From Chrysomallon squamiferum (Eukaryota; Animalia; Mollusca), in NCBI GenBank assembly GCA_012295275.1, contig CM022676.1, forward strand, positions 18,228,001-18,292,000: 64,000 nucleotides of DNA, written 5' to 3'. Under the pieces are notes generated by a model. It had not been told where the DNA came from and ran no database searches. It worked only from the letters and a program-made list of their open reading frames with translations. Positions 1-17,850 of the stretch are shown piece after piece. Every line of letters begins with the position of its first letter. Positions within the stretch are counted from its first letter, which is position 1. The translations under genes and the position numbers were made by a program.

Positions 1-358
1 ATTTGTAATTTAGCAAGTTTAAACTATAAAGTAATTCATAATTAAAAAAAAAACTTTTCTTTATTATTTTCTTTAAGGCAAAGATAAAATAAATTAACTA
101 AATTAATAACTATACACTATTATATTTTTTAAAAAGAAGTAAATAAAGTATAGAAATTAAGTAAATCAATTACTTTACAAAAAAAATATATTTTAAAGAA
201 GAAGTAAATAAAGTAAACAAATTAACTTAATTTATTACTTTAGAATAAATAAATAACTGGTGTTCTCTTTATTTATTAGTTTGTGTAAAGAAAAATGTCT
301 GTCGACTTTCAACTTCAAAACAGTTAAAGTGAAACCAACTTAGGAGACAGTTTGAAGT

Positions 359-1982
359 TTACTTTCTACACCATGTAAATATTTTTATTTGTCCGGTGTA
401 AAACTCTCCCACGTACAGTTTGTTGTCATCACAACAGACACACCAAGGTCTGGACAGTCCATCCTGGCCAGTGAGGATGTCACGTGTAATGTTACCATCT
501 CGTGACAACTGAACAACACAATTTCTAAAACAATCACAAACAAAAATATTTCCCTCCCTGTTACATACGACATCTCTCAAGTCTCTCATCCTGTCTGAAT
601 CACGTGACTGCCATTTGACGTCACCTGATGACGTCACACAAAATACTTTGTTTACGTTTTCTCTTTTTGACAACACACTGAGACACTGACCGTGAACTGT
701 GAAATTGTACGGTCCGGGGATCAAATCTGTTGAGATAGAATTAATGAGCTGACTACTCTCTGTCAGTATGTCCAAGTACTGACCACTAACACACCTAGTA
801 ACCGCGAAACGGTTGCCAGGTAACACAGCGATAAGCTGATAACTTTTATGAGTTTTAACTCTTTTGGTCACTTCGAAGTTTTTTAAATTTAAAAACAATA
901 TTTTAGTTTCATCTGGCAGAACAACAACAACAGCAACGTCACCCCGCAGATCACGTGAGTCAGCAAGACCGACTGGACCAGTGGAAGTCACGTGTTTGTT
1001 TATCAGTGATTTTCGTTCTAAACAAAAACATTTTACACACCTATTGTCATAATCACTAACAACAATTTTACTCTTGTCCTCACCTGACACCAGGATGGAA
1101 TACACACAAGGACTGAATTTATCTTCTTTTGTTTTTGTATCAATGGTGTCTGCGTGTTTGAGTGTGTCTGTGTGTTTGTCAATTTGTGTGTCTGTGTGTT
1201 GTGTTTTTGTGTCAATGGTGTCTGTGTGTTTGAGTGTGTCTGTCTGTCTATCTGTGTGACTGTATGTTGTATTTCTGTGTTAATGGTGTCTGTGAGTTTG
1301 AGTGTCTGTCTGTCTGTCTGTCTGTGTGTCTGTATGTTGTGTTTTTGTGTTAATGGTGTCTGTGTGTTTCAATGTGTCTGTGTGTTTGTCTATTTGTGTG
1401 TCTCTGTGTTGTATTTCTGTGTTTGTGGTGTCTGTGCCTTTGAGTGTGTCTGTCTGTCTGTCTATCTGTGTGTTGTGTTTCTGTGTTAATGGTGTCTGTG
1501 AGTTTGAGTGTGTCTGTCTGTCTGTCTAACTGTGTGTTGTATTTCTGTGTTAATGGTGTCTGTGTGTTTGAGTGCGTCTGTCACTCTATCTGTCTCTGCG
1601 TCTGTATGTTGTATTTCTGTGTTAATGGTGTCTGTGTGTTTGAGTGTGTCTGTCTGTCTGTCTATCTGTGTGTCTGTATGTTGTATTTCTGTGTTAATGG
1701 TGTCTGTGAGTTTGTGTGTCTGTCTGTCTGTCTATCTGTGTGTCTGTATGTTGTGTTTTTGTGTTAATGGTGTCTGTGAGTTTGAGTGTGTCTGTGTGTT
1801 GTGTTTTTGTGTTAATGGTGTCTGTGTGTTTGAGTGTGTCTGTGTGTTTTTCTGTCTGTGTGTTGTGTTTCTGTGTTAATGCTGTCTGTGTGTTTGAATT
1901 GTCTGTCTCTCTGTCTATCTGTGTGTCTGTATGTTGTGACTTAATTATTTGGTTGTTTCTGGTCAGCAAGTCTAAGTTTATG
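359..1982 (-). pseudogene. TRIM-like NHL propeller copy 1; propeller ORF open (359-~1250) but upstream repeat array frameshifted and coiled coil absent
   Basis: The 248-aa ORF closely matches the C-terminal half of 52076-53571. Upstream, the HTDTQ repeat array (~1125-1935) changes reading register several times. An acceptor at ~1982 leads into SINLDLLTRNNQIIKSQ rather than the coiled coil. Confidence 0.75.
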
Positions 1983-2125
1983 CTGTAAAGTAATAAAAAC
2001 AAAGCAAAAAAATAGTTTACTTAAAAAATTAAAATATATCATTGATAATCCTTCCCTGTCTCCTGGGCTGATCTGACACTGGAATTTGAAAAACATAAAT
2101 ATTTATATTACTGATTATAAAGAAA

Positions 2126-2163
<38 letters not shown>

Positions 2164-2339
2164 TTTTTTTTTCTAATAGTGAAAATAAAAATAATAATGA
2201 GTTTAAAATAAATATAAAAATTAATTATAAAGAAAGAGCAAACACGTGATATATAAAATAATAATAAAACATAAATGATATTTATATCTCTCTGTAGTCA
2301 AAAAAGGAAATAAATAAATACATAAAATAATACAATCAT

Positions 2340-3281
2340 CTCTTTTGATTTTAGTGTCTCATATCATGTCTTTTACTCATTTCATGTTCATCTTTTCACA
2401 CTCAGGGCCTGACAAACCTACATGTAATGAATGGTGAATTAATTCTGTTGTATTAATGAAAACAGCTGAGAAAGTAAACCAGTTTTCATGTGATCAGAGA
2501 AAACATAAACTTTTTTCTCCAGCACTGCTCCAGCACAGCTTCAGTACAGTCAATCTTCAGTAATAAGTGTATTAACAACAACAAAAATAATAAATGAAAA
2601 CAAAACATATATATATATATATATATGTATATAAAATAAAATAAATAAACAAATTTAAAAATACAAAAGCCAACAAACTATATAAATAAATAAGTAGAAA
2701 ATGTATATAAAAAATCAATTCATGAGAAAACTCTGAGGTGTGTGTTATCATGTATACTGATAATCTATTAAAAAAAAAAAAAAAATACCACCTTACCTCT
2801 CAGTTGTATTGTGTATCATTAACATATTAAAACTGTGAGTAAAAATATTACCACTGACAACTGAGCAGCTTACCTCTCAGTTGTGTTGTGTATCATTAAC
2901 ATATTAAAATTGTGAGTAAAAATATTACCACTGACAACTGAGTAGCTTACCTCTCAGTTGTGTTGTGTATCATTAACATATTAAAACTGTGAGTAAAAAT
3001 ATTACCACTGACAACTGAGTAGGTTTCCTCTCAGTTGTGTTGTGCATCATTAACATATTAAAACTATGAGTAAAAATATTACCACTCACAACTGCAGCTG
3101 CTGAACTCTGTTTGTGGACTTGAATGTGCTGGAAGCAACCCACCGGAACACAGCAACATCTCTGGGGATGGATTGAAGGTGGTTTCTGTCTGTGATTGGA
3201 ATTTAGAGCAACATTCATCAGAGCAGATGTCAAATCAAACAGACTTGAACTCCACTATGAACCAGTTCCTTTCAAGAATCC
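2340..3281 (-). pseudogene. Probable MYM-type (FCS/TRASH) zinc-finger gene remnant, ZMYM/woc-like
   Basis: Exon-like segments translate to FDICSDECCSKFQ (~3240-3195) and LVYFLSCFH*YNRINSPFITC (~2480-2420), resembling F-C-S-x2-C fingers. Heavily decayed. Confidence 0.4.
2793..3093. repeat. 77-bp minisatellite x4
   Basis: TT(A)CCTCTCAGTTG at 2793, 2870, 2947 and ~3025. Confidence 0.95.
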
Positions 3282-3789
3282 CTGTAATAAATCAAAATCT
3301 TGTTGATTAAATGTCATTAACCATTATTAACTCTACAACAAAAACTAAAAAATGATGTTGATTAAATTAAAAATTAATTATAAAATAAAATAAAATAAAA
3401 ATATATTAAACATTAATAAACAGTATTTTCACCAGTATGAATATAGTTTTCCTGTATGAATTAATAAAATTATTACAATAAAAGTTGATTTAAATCTAAA
3501 ACCTAAAGCCTCAGAAAAATAATTAAATAAACATAAAACAAATAAAACAGTAAATAAAATAAATTAATTTGATTTTTTTTTTAATTTATACTGTAATATA
3601 GTTTGATATTAGGTGTAAAATAACTGAAGATATGAAACTTTTTATAGAATATATATAAATGAAAAGTTCAAGACTAATCTGTTAGTGTATTAAGAAAGAA
3701 AACTATGATTAGTAAAGAAACAATGCACACATTTTTTTATCTAAACACTAACAACTTTAACTAGGTGGTTCTTTATCTTACATACTGTT

Positions 3790-4060
3790 ACCAGGATATT
3801 CTTTGTATGACCAATATGCTGAATCTTCCTCCATAGAGCTTGGGCAGTGCTGAAAAAACATCTCCTTGAACTCTTTCACTGCTGCACTGGAGACAGCTTT
3901 CTCAAAGTCAGTCTAGATAATCTGTGGCTTGAGACTTCAAGAGTTGAAAAACTGAGACATACATAGCTTGAGTCTTGTTTGGAAGGAACATGTAAACAAG
4001 AGGGTACACGATGTCCTGGAATTCTGCATGAAGAGTGTAAAACCAATGTTTCATATCACA
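3790..4060 (-). mobile_element. Mutator-like (MULE) transposase fragment
   Basis: FYTLHAEFQDIVYPLVYMFLPNKTQAMYVSVFQLLK..TDFEKAVSSAAVKEF..GCFF..AQALWRKIQHIG matches the MULE DDE core (TDFE, CxFH..QALWRK). Frameshifted. Confidence 0.85.
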
Positions 4061-6782
4061 CTCTTAAAACCTGCTGCAATGAGACCTGGTGAATTGTCTC
4101 CCTTTTTTCTTACTTCACCCGAGAGTACTGGTCACCATGCACACTGTACCTGTCAGATATAGAACTGCTACCTCTACAAGATATTCATAATCCTGAAATA
4201 ATTAACAATTTATTAATTTCATAAAAAAAGAGAAAATAAAAGGAAAGAAAAAAAAAAAACAATAAGTAAATAAAGAAGAAAAAAGAGTAATAATAATAAA
4301 AACAAGAATAAATATTATGCTAATATTAATGTATGATAGTTTCTTTGATTTTGCTTCTGGAAAGAGAAAATGCATCAATTACCACAAAATGTTTAAATAA
4401 ATGTGTCTTTGTTTAACAATATAAAACAGTTCATTCGCTGAAGTCAAGTTTACATTTGCACGGTTATAAAAACAAGAAAAGTATTCATTAATTTTGTAAT
4501 ATAGTTTTCTAGTCATGAGTTTAAAACCATAAGCTTTTATATCATTTTATTTACATTGTTGTAAAATTACAGTAAACTGAATTTGAATAAAAAGAGTTAA
4601 AACTTTGATTTCTGATTAAATGAAAAAGAGGTAATACAGGGAACTGTCACAACTAACTTTTCAGCAGAATTAGAAACACCATCACAACATTTCCAGGAAA
4701 TCCACTCACATTTCCATTAATGAGGCCAGAGATCTTTCTGTGACATCTTTGAAAAGACCAAGAGGGTTTCCAGGGATGTCCATATAATCAAGAATTTCAT
4801 TTGCCTAACTTCTGAGTTCCTACAGATGAAAAAGAGAATTAAAATATTAAGTATAATAGCAAATTTAGTAATAATATGGAAATATTTTTATAGGCAAATG
4901 GATTTGTTTCTCTAACATGAAATTATTTATATTCTTGGATTAAAGTGGAAAGGTTTCTAGGTTGCGTTGAGTTGATTTCCCTTTGTAAGTTGATGATGCT
5001 AACTTAAGTTAGAAAATCTTTATATATCTGGAATTTAGTCTTCAATTGTAATGTCAACGAAGGGTATTAATTATCATTGAATATTAAATAAAGAAAATAC
5101 AAAAACAATGTAGCTTTAATTATAAAACAAGAGCTCACATAGATACAAGTTAACTATTTAACTTTCATTTTTCTTATAAATGTAATAAAAAGTAATGTAA
5201 ATTAAAATATTCAATATTCAATAACAGAGTGACACAGAAAGATTAAACATAAAAAACTACTGTAAGACTGACATCTCCAAATAGGACAAAGTGACACAGG
5301 TTTATGACAACAACACTAATCACACTGAATAAACCATCAGTTCATTTTACTGATATATTTTAGAAAAACAGAGTCATTCTTGTGCATGTACTACTTCTTT
5401 GCTGACATCTACATGTTGGAAGATCAACTAGGAGTGGCTGTTATTTCTCAACGCACAGACTTCACCTCTGGTAACACCAGTGACACAAAACTGTGTGACA
5501 AGGTTTTGAAAATGAATAAAAATCTACTGAAGATTATTAGATATTTTTCAATTCAAAATGACAAACAACTGCTTATAACTAATGTAATAAAGTGCATCAT
5601 TGTAATTTTTTACACTGACTAATACATACATGACCTGGGACTGTAACTTCAATGACATTTTAGGTATTCTTGCCCCTATAAAATATCTGACCAATAAATC
5701 ACTTAAGAAATTCTTCAGTCATAATTACATAAGTGTGGAAAGTAATATTGAAACAAAAGCAATGCATTTCAGTTTGGCATTTTCTTCTTAAACTCAGTTG
5801 TTTTCAGTCAAGGCTTCTATTGTGTCTCATAGAAACACATTAACAACTAGCAGATTCCCTGATAGGGTTGAATCCATTTATCTAATTCTATAGAAAAAAC
5901 AAGAAACATACTAAAAATACTAGCATATGAAAATTAACATAAATATAAAATGGAATATGGTAACTTTGGTCTTCAGTAATCTTGACCCATTGTCAGAGGA
6001 TGCATAGAAATACTACTACTTTTGTCAGTTACAAATACCAGGGAATAAACAAATCAAATAAAAATTTGGAAAAATTAACCATTTTGTATAATTTTTTATT
6101 TGAATCACAAGATAAACATTTATAATGTAATAGAACCTCTATACATGAATGAAAAAGTTTGATATATGACATTCTAGAGCTTTGTTTATGTTAGCCATTT
6201 CTGTCAAATTTGCCTTGGATTCATTTTAAACTTGGAAGTAAAGAAACAGCGTATGACAACTTAACATTATCCATGTAATAATAATAAATAAATCAGAATA
6301 CGGCTAATTTTAACTTTATTAACAATTTAATATACTTTTTGTTTAGGTACACATAAAAGCAAACCCAAGTAGCAACATATTTACATCAGTTATCTCCAAC
6401 TATTACAGTAAATTGTACTCCACACAACTGTTTATTGTTTATAACTGACAACTGAAACTTCACTAGGTAGTACTAGTACAGTAGCTGAGTAGTAGTAAAT
6501 AATACAAAAGCTGTAAGTTATAAGACGAGCCACTACTAATGATTGTAACTCACATATTTATTTCAGATAAAAGATTTGCTCATAGTTCGATACATTGGAC
6601 ATAAAGACTTACCTTAATTTGCCAATATCTACTTTGTATTTATGAACACAATTTTTTTAGACCGGGTATGCATGGAGTTAACTGTAGTCTTGATAAACAA
6701 AACATCGAGTTTCTCTTTGAACTGATTTCTTTGATTAATTAAAAAGTGTACAACAAAGCAGAATTTCAGTATAAATATCACA

Positions 6783-9862
<3,080 letters not shown>

Positions 9863-11929
9863 CTGAAATCATAAAAGTTAATTAAAATTTTACCTCAGTA
9901 GATCCAACATTATCCATGTTTTATCTCACATATCAACACTCTTAAACAACCCTCTCAAGAAACAGACAAATTTATTTATTTAGATATATAGATAGATAAA
10001 TTAATAATATCAAAATAATCTAATAAACATAATAATAAAGACAAACTTACAACAGTTTGTGCAGGTTTTTACTTTCCATGATGTTTTGGTACAGAACTTT
10101 GTCCAGTTCTGAGTTCATTTCAGTTTCCTGGTGTCAGAACTAACATATTTTAAACCAGGATGAACTAGGAAACAGTTCTGCTATAGAGGCTGTAAATAAA
10201 TAAGAATAAAAATAAATATTTAATATCTCTGTATTTTTTTAATATTACTGGTTATCATTATTTATATATGTAGAATGATTACAATTAAAGAAAACTGTTA
10301 ATATCATGTTAACATTTTTAAATATTAATATTTCTTAAGTATAAAACTAAATTTATGAATAGAAATTGTACAAAGAGAAATTCCTCTGTGAGAGTTCTTT
10401 ACTGGCAGATAAAGGATGTTTTACATGCAGCTTCAAAAGACAGGAATGTACATCAACTACAATAATGATTATTCTAATAATACAAGTAATAAGGGTGATG
10501 ATGATGATGATGATGACAATAATAAGAGTAATGATAATGATAGAAAAAGAAGAAGATTGACAAGAATAATAAGCTAAATAATAATAAAAAAATAAAAAAT
10601 GTGAGTCTTCTGGCTGCAGTAAGTTTTCAACACTGATGTGAACCCTATAACAATTTAGTTTATAATAATACATACTGTGAAAATAACAACAGCAACAACA
10701 AACTGAATGAAAATTCCTCTCATTCTTTTTTTAACACTCATCTGAAACCTGGTCCATAAACAAGAAAATAACAACAGCAACAGCAACAAACTGAATGAAA
10801 ATTTGGTTTTCACAACGGAGACCTTTTTAAAAAACTTACCTTTTTAAAAACAAGTTCAGTTCAGCCCTTCATCAACAGTGATAAATTTAACTGCTTTGAC
10901 TACAGGTGTTTGTGTAAGAACAGAACATCCCCAAGTCATCACTGTCAATTAAATATTTAAATACATAGTGTGTCATAAAATATTTTAACCATTATACAAG
11001 CTTAATGGGACAAATTAATCAAAATAAAACACTTCAGATGATGTCAGTAACCGAATAAGAGAAAATATTAATATACACTTAAAAAGAATAATTTAAAAAA
11101 ATAAGAACTGTAGATGATATCAGTAATTGATTAAGAGCAGAACTATTAATATCAATGGTAATCAAAAACAAAACAAAAATAAATGAATAATATAATCAAT
11201 AAATATGTAAATAAAAAAAGTTAAATTAAAACAGATCCATTAACATGATATCAATCTGTTAATTAATATTGATAGAACATTCAGTTCTTTTCAGTTTGTG
11301 TGTGTATGTATATCTATCTATCTATCTGTCTATCTACCTGTCTTAGTGTCTATTACTTCAAAGGTGGATGGACTGATTTCGGTTGAGACAATGATATAAA
11401 AGATTATGATCTTTCTATGTTATCTCACAACACATAACAATACTACAAATAGGAGCGATTTTTGAAATAAAATTCAGTATTGACAATATCTCAGTATCAG
11501 TCTAGTGTATCATAATCATGTATGTATGTTAATTAAGAGATTATAATGAAGATTTTGAAATAAGTGTGCATGATTGTGGTTTCAGAAATCCAAATTAATA
11601 AATAATTTGAGAAAGAAAAATGGATGGGTGGATGTATGTATATTTACATAATAATGTGTATGTGAGTTAATTAACCCTGCAGGTTTGATGATCAACAACG
11701 TATGCGATAAACAAAACAGAGCAATATCTGCACTGACATTTCACGCTGAAAGAAATATAAATCAGATTAAATAAACAAATAACTAAATAGAGACATTTTT
11801 AAATATATGCATATATACACATAAATAATGGCTGCATATACTGACATACATTACAATACAAGTCTCCTGTATTTCATGACAACAGTATGAAGCATGATGT
11901 ATACAGTCGTAATGACCTCAGCACGACAT

Positions 11930-12002
11930 CATAACTCCGCCCCCAAAAGGGAGGTAACTCTAGCAGTGCTCGGTTTGACAAGCTTAAAACAATGGCGGCC
12001 GA
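11930..12002 (+). promoter_or_regulatory. Candidate promoter between divergent MARS and CAMSAP relics
   Basis: GC box CCGCCCCC, YY1-like AATGGCGGCC and local CpG retention, upstream of a first exon ending AGG/GTAAGT at 12254. Confidence 0.4.
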
Positions 12003-15000
12003 ATCACTTACACAATTTGTCTGCGAATTTCTGGATTATTTAAGAGCTGTCACTATACCTTTGAAAAACTTTCAGCTGGATTTCAGGTATTTCAGTCAAC
12101 ATTACATTTGTAACATGTTTTGGAATAATGACATCACCATTTTTACGTCAGTTAAATCGGACCGGTTGTCGAAGAAAAGCGAAAATCCTCATGGGATCCA
12201 CGTGTATATGAGCCCGACGGTGATATCTTGAGTTGATTGTTCTTGTTCGGCAGGGTAAGTAAGAACATAATTATTTATTTTATTTACATTGGGGAGTTTT
12301 CAAAAGTGCATCCAGACATTTCAAAGTAAGTGGCTTGCGAGCTTTTACAACGAAAATGTTTAAGTTTGATGATAAAAGTTGGATAAAAAACTTAATACAA
12401 GTATGAAGTAATGAAGTATGGACATTAATTTACTGACTAGTGCCTGCTAGTCAGCTATTTCACAAAGACTTATACAATTTCAAGTCTGAATTATTCATTG
12501 ATTACGTCTGGAATAATTAGAAAAAAGATTCCAGCAAGGTTGAAATGGTTACTGTATTACCTGTAAATATTTAATTGTTTAAATCAATTAATATCATGAT
12601 GAAATTTTGTTCTCAATTTTTATTTACTTTCTGTCAGTTTTAATTTATTTGCATTCTGTTTTGCTTCTTCTTATTACTACTACTTTTTATTAATTTGTTT
12701 TATTTATCTTTATTATTATTTATCATAATCTTCTTCATGTCGTTACTAATATTTATTTATTTTTGATGTTTTTCAGGCCAAATTTCATCACTGGCAGAGA
12801 TTTTCAGAAAGTATATGGAGAAAATGTTCCAAATGAATTTAAAGAACCATTTTATGAAAAATCAGATGTGAGTGAAATATTTTATAAATTTCTATCTTTC
12901 AAGATTTATGTTCTAATTATTAAAGTTATTACATGCATTGCTGTTTTGTTTTAATTATCTCTAGTTTCTTACTTTATATAAACCTTAGAATTATTTCATC
13001 AAAAAAAAAAAAAAATATATAGGATCAGAAAATTGTCTATGTTTCCTCTCATGACACTTTTTTCTAAAGTACAGGTCAGCTAGTCATTAATGGAATAAAA
13101 TTAAAAATATATTATTGCATGACTCTTTAAAAACAAATTATCTCATTTCTTCAAAACATGTGTTTAATACAAAAGCAAATATACAATAGCTATATATATA
13201 TATATACGTTCTTAAATAAGACATTAATTCCTTCTTTTTCTTATTAACATATAACATATTATACTTGTTATAATCAATAATAGATGAAAATGATTGCAAC
13301 TACTACTACTTGGATTATTACTGCTGTTGTTATTGTTGTTGATGTTAAATTTTTTTTTTATCTTCATCATTATTATCATTATTATTAGTCCTGTTATTGC
13401 TGTTATTATGATGATGATGATATATTACTGTGTTGCACGGTAACCATCTGATCAACAGTCTTGTGTCAAGTAATGTGTAGTCTGTGTTAGAATGTTTTCA
13501 GAAATCTCTCAGCACAGACAAGGTATGTAACTATGTTAGTTTATTAGTTTATGTGTATGTGTGAGAGAGAGAGACTGGATGTATCTGTGTGTATCTGTGT
13601 CTTCATCAATTTCATACATAAATAAAAATAAGTGAAATATTGAGAGATGATAATAACCAGAGAAAAATGCATTTTTCAGACAAATGGAGATTGATAAAAA
13701 TATCATGTTGTTATTAAAATTACTAAACTTTATATTTACGATTGAAGTTAAATATTTTACGTATCTCACTGCAGTATTGTTCAGTGCTGTCTAGAAAGTG
13801 AATTTACATCAAGGAGAAGGATGAATCAGCTGTTACAGAAACCATTCTCATGTAGTCTGCACCATTCTCAGTTGTGAGTTTATTTTATATTTGTGTCTTA
13901 GATATTAAAATAAATTTTGTAACAGTTCTTTATTCATTATAAAACAGCATAATAATAATCAGTGATCTGTCATTGTTTTGTAAATTATTTTTATTATTAT
14001 CATTATAAGGATTATGCATTACTCAGAAAATTGAAATTTTTATTTATTTATTTATAGCTGTTTATTTATTATCTGTGTTACTATTTTATTCATTGTCATT
14101 TTTTTTCAGAATGCACATATTCCTCTAATTGATGTGCTGATGATGACATAAACCAGTGAAGTTGTTTCAGCAGAACATGCTGTCCAAGCCATGAGGTAAG
14201 CTGTAGTTTTTATTTATATTTACATTTATATTTATATTTATATTTTATTGATATTTTTTGTTTATTTATTAAATACATAAATTAAATTTAAAAAAATAGA
14301 GAAATTGAAAACCTCTTTTACTAAAATGAGATTATTTGGCTATGTTAAAGTTTATTTATTTTATTCAGTTAGTTTATTGGAAAGTATCACTTTATGATCA
14401 ATTGTATTTCAGTTCAGAGGTCAATGACAAGCTGTATTTAAAAGCTTTGATCCTTCAACTTTGAATATTAAATGATTGATGAATTATGATGATGCATTTA
14501 AACATATGAATGAGAGAGAGGGAGAGGTTTAGCATAGATGTAATCTGTTCATGTATCTGATTGCATAGTGACCTTGCAGTATGAGTCATGTCCATAACTC
14601 ACTTTCAGTTTAGCTTCCATGTAAAGAGCAAAGCTTGTATTGTAATAGGTCAAGGAAGGGAAGTAACTGCAGCTCTAGAACTTATAAACACTTTATTTGG
14701 ATATATAATATATGCACATTTACTTTAAAACGTGTTCCATCAGGCACTGAGGATACAGTTATTTTCTGGTTAAATAAAGTTTGTACTGCTGCCATTGGTA
14801 AAGAGATAAATCTGAGCAGGTGAATTTGAATTTGGTTTCTTACATATTTCTCATTTCATTTTGTCCCCTAATCAGGAAATCGTGCTAATGAAGTTTAATT
14901 TAATATATGAAAGATGCAGTTTGTAGATAATTTATCATTGAACAATATGTACATAAACACAAATTACATTAGTAACTTTTAACACATCCACACTTCCATC

Positions 15001-15545
15001 AGGCCTTGTACATTTCACTCATGTGTTTTTCTGTTAACACACAGACACCAACTCCCTGCCATTCATTCATATAAATGTGATTATTTTGTTGTAAAATTTT
15101 ATTTCCATATTATTAAAAAAAAAAAGGAAGTTTCATATTTCATCAGTATTTTTTTAAAATGTTTAACTTTGCTGTTACCAGACTGGAACTACCAGCCCCC
15201 TTCACACAGTGTCACTGTTCCTGTGATGACAGACATACTAAAAGATGTAGGAGATGGATGTACAGTTCCTGTTGTTTGAAGTTTCTTTTGTCTGCAGACT
15301 CTCAGTTTTCATGGTTTAATAAAACAATTTTTGCAAATAAAATAATAAATCAGATGATAAATTTTAAAATTTTTGATATATTAAATTGCTCAATTTTAAT
15401 AAAAAAGAGAGGCATTGTTTTTATCAGTTTTTAAAAAAATGTTTAATATTTCTGTAATCGACAAACTGGTAATTTAGTATTAGATCACTGTTTTCCTGGG
15501 ATGACAGACATATTAAAAGATGTAGAGACAGATCTACAGTTCTCT

Positions 15546-15587
<42 letters not shown>

Positions 15588-15801
15588 ATCTCTTTGTTTC
15601 TCAAATAAAATCTAATCTCTCTTTTTGCAAATAAAATAATAAATAGATGGTAATTTTAAAATTTAGATTTATTTGTTTATCTCCAGATATATCTTTGAAG
15701 GATGGATTAGGATTAGCTAATTCTTTATGTAATCTTCGCCTCATCAAAGCATTCTGTGAACAGCTTCTTACCATCAACTTTTTCCACTTCACCTACGAGG
15801 A

Positions 15802-16100
15802 TCTTCTGTAAAAATGAGATCTTATACAAGAAAACCTGTCAGCCTTTCTCACAGAGCTGGTCTTCTGTAAACACGAGATAGCGTACAAGAAAACCTGTCA
15901 GCCTTTCTCACAGAGCTGATCTGTAAACACGAGATAGCGTACAAGAAAACCTGTCAGCCTTTCTCACAGAGCTGATCTTCTGTAAACATGAGATAGCTTA
16001 CAAGAAAACCTGTCAGCCTTTCTCACAGAGCTGATCTCCTGTAAACACGAGATAGCGTACAAGAAAACCTGTCAGCCTTTCTGACAGAGCTGTTCTTCTG
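15802..16100. repeat. 59-bp minisatellite x5 inside the CAMSAP CH exon
   Basis: AAAACCTGTCAGCC at 15831, 15890, 15946, 16005 and 16064. Confidence 0.95.
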
Positions 16101-16765
16101 GATTCAAATGATAAAACTGATAGAGACAGGACAGCTTCTGAATGGTCAGGAAGCAGAAAGTAAGTTTTGTGAGAGTTTTTACTTATGATTCCGAATTTTT
16201 TTTAAACAAAATACATGCTGCAAATCCCAAATTGTATTATATCTTTTATTATATGAATTTATGAAATTTCTTATTTGTAATGTTCAGTTTTAGTGTGGAT
16301 ACTGACATATGCCTTTATCTATGTAAATACATTTTTATTATATAAAATGGATGATTACAAGCTTTGTAAAGATCCTTATATAATGGTCAGTATTTAATAA
16401 GGCTACCAATAAAGAAAGTTAATATTAAAGGACTTTTTAAATGATTGGATTGCAGTCAAATTTTACAAACCTTACATCAGACAGTTTATATTGCAAGGTT
16501 TATTGTTATTTTTATTAAATACTGGCAGTGCAGTTTAAAATATGAAGATACTACAGGGTTTATTATTATTTTTATTCATTTTAATTCAGCATCTCGCAGT
16601 GGTAATGGGAGGTCAAGTGTCACAAAACACCAAGTACCCATTAGCAACACAACAAAACAGCTTTCACAAAACTGAGTGAAGATTCACCAGTACTCCAGAA
16701 CTAAACAAACCAAACTCTACACTGTAAGTATTCACTTAATTCATTTTAAATTTGTAGTGATGATA

Positions 16766-17090
16766 GACTGGCTCAGTGGTTAGAGTACATGATTAAAATT
16801 TGATGGGTTCTAGGGTCAGTCCTACGTGGAGGACTAATAAAGTTGTTTACCAATCTAGCTGCTGATTCATGCCTGATATTGCTAAGATCAAGGTATGTGT
16901 TTTGTTAGCAGTGGAAAGATGTATATTAAAAAACAGATTTTTAGTTTCTTGTTTAAAAAGGGTGTCAGTTCATGTTGCAGAAACAGGTTTTCTTTTTCAT
17001 TAGCTGTATTGTTCTTTATCTTGTAAAATGCAAAGAACTAGTAAAAACAAGCTGTGTATGTTCTTAAATAAAATATTTCTTCTTTATTTC
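16766..17090 (+). mobile_element. Degenerate tRNA-derived SINE in a CAMSAP intron
   Basis: A-box-like TGGCTCAGTGGTTAGAG, degenerate B-box, body CAAGGTATGTG..AAAGATGTATATTAAA, and tail TTAAATAAAATATTTCTTC, all resembling gastropod tRNA-SINEs. Confidence 0.6.
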
Positions 17091-17449
17091 ATATTTGGTA
17101 TATTTTAGTAACATTTATATTTATTAATAATTAGGTTATATTTTATTTTTCAAATATACTGATTTGTTTTTTGATTCAGAATTTATATTTATATTTTGGT
17201 AAACCTCTTTATTTTTTTTTTTTATTACTTTTTCAGACACATACAACAAACCAGACAAATGTTATCTAAACTTCAGAATGGGACACACACAGACAGCAGA
17301 ACAGACAGAGAAGTTTCTAAAAAGACTGGTATGAAAAACACACACATTAACTTATCTGCTTAACTATCAATTCACTTTCTTCTCAGTTTTTGTGTTGCGT
17401 GTATTCTCAATACAGAGTAAGAAAAGCAGATTAGTACAAGGAAAGTCTA

Positions 17450-17850
17450 CAATAAGTAAAGTAATTGTAGTATACAAATATACTGATAACTTAGAATACA
17501 ATAATAAGTGAAGTAATTGTAGTGTACAAATATACTGATAACTTAGAATACAGTAATAAGTGAAGTAATTGTAGTATACAAATATACTGATAACTTAGAA
17601 TACAGTAATAAGTAAAGTAATTGTAGTGTACAAATATACTGATAACTTAGAATACAGTAATAAGTAAAGTAATTGTAGTGTACAAATATACTGATAACTT
17701 AGAATACAATAATAGAATACAGTAATAAGTTAGTGTATAATAAGTAAAAGTAATTGTAGTATACAAATATACTGATAACTTAGAATACAATAATAAGTAA
17801 AGTAATTGAAGTATACAAATATAACTGATAACTTGAATACAATAATAAAT
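17450..17850. repeat. 52-bp minisatellite, ~7 copies
   Basis: Unit GTAATTGTAGTATACAAATATACTGATAACTTAGAATACAATAATAAGTAAA. Confidence 0.93.

Noticed and set aside
1074-1988. Cys/Val-rich plus-strand ORFs (also 52791-53150 and 50216-50818)
   Set aside because: These are antisense or low-complexity translations of TG-rich repeats.
11992-12231. 79-aa ORF MAAESLTQ..
   Set aside because: No recognisable family. The ATG lies in a YY1-like motif within the probable CAMSAP first exon/5'UTR.
16766-16840. tRNA gene
   Set aside because: An A-box is present but no cloverleaf, and it continues into a SINE-like body.
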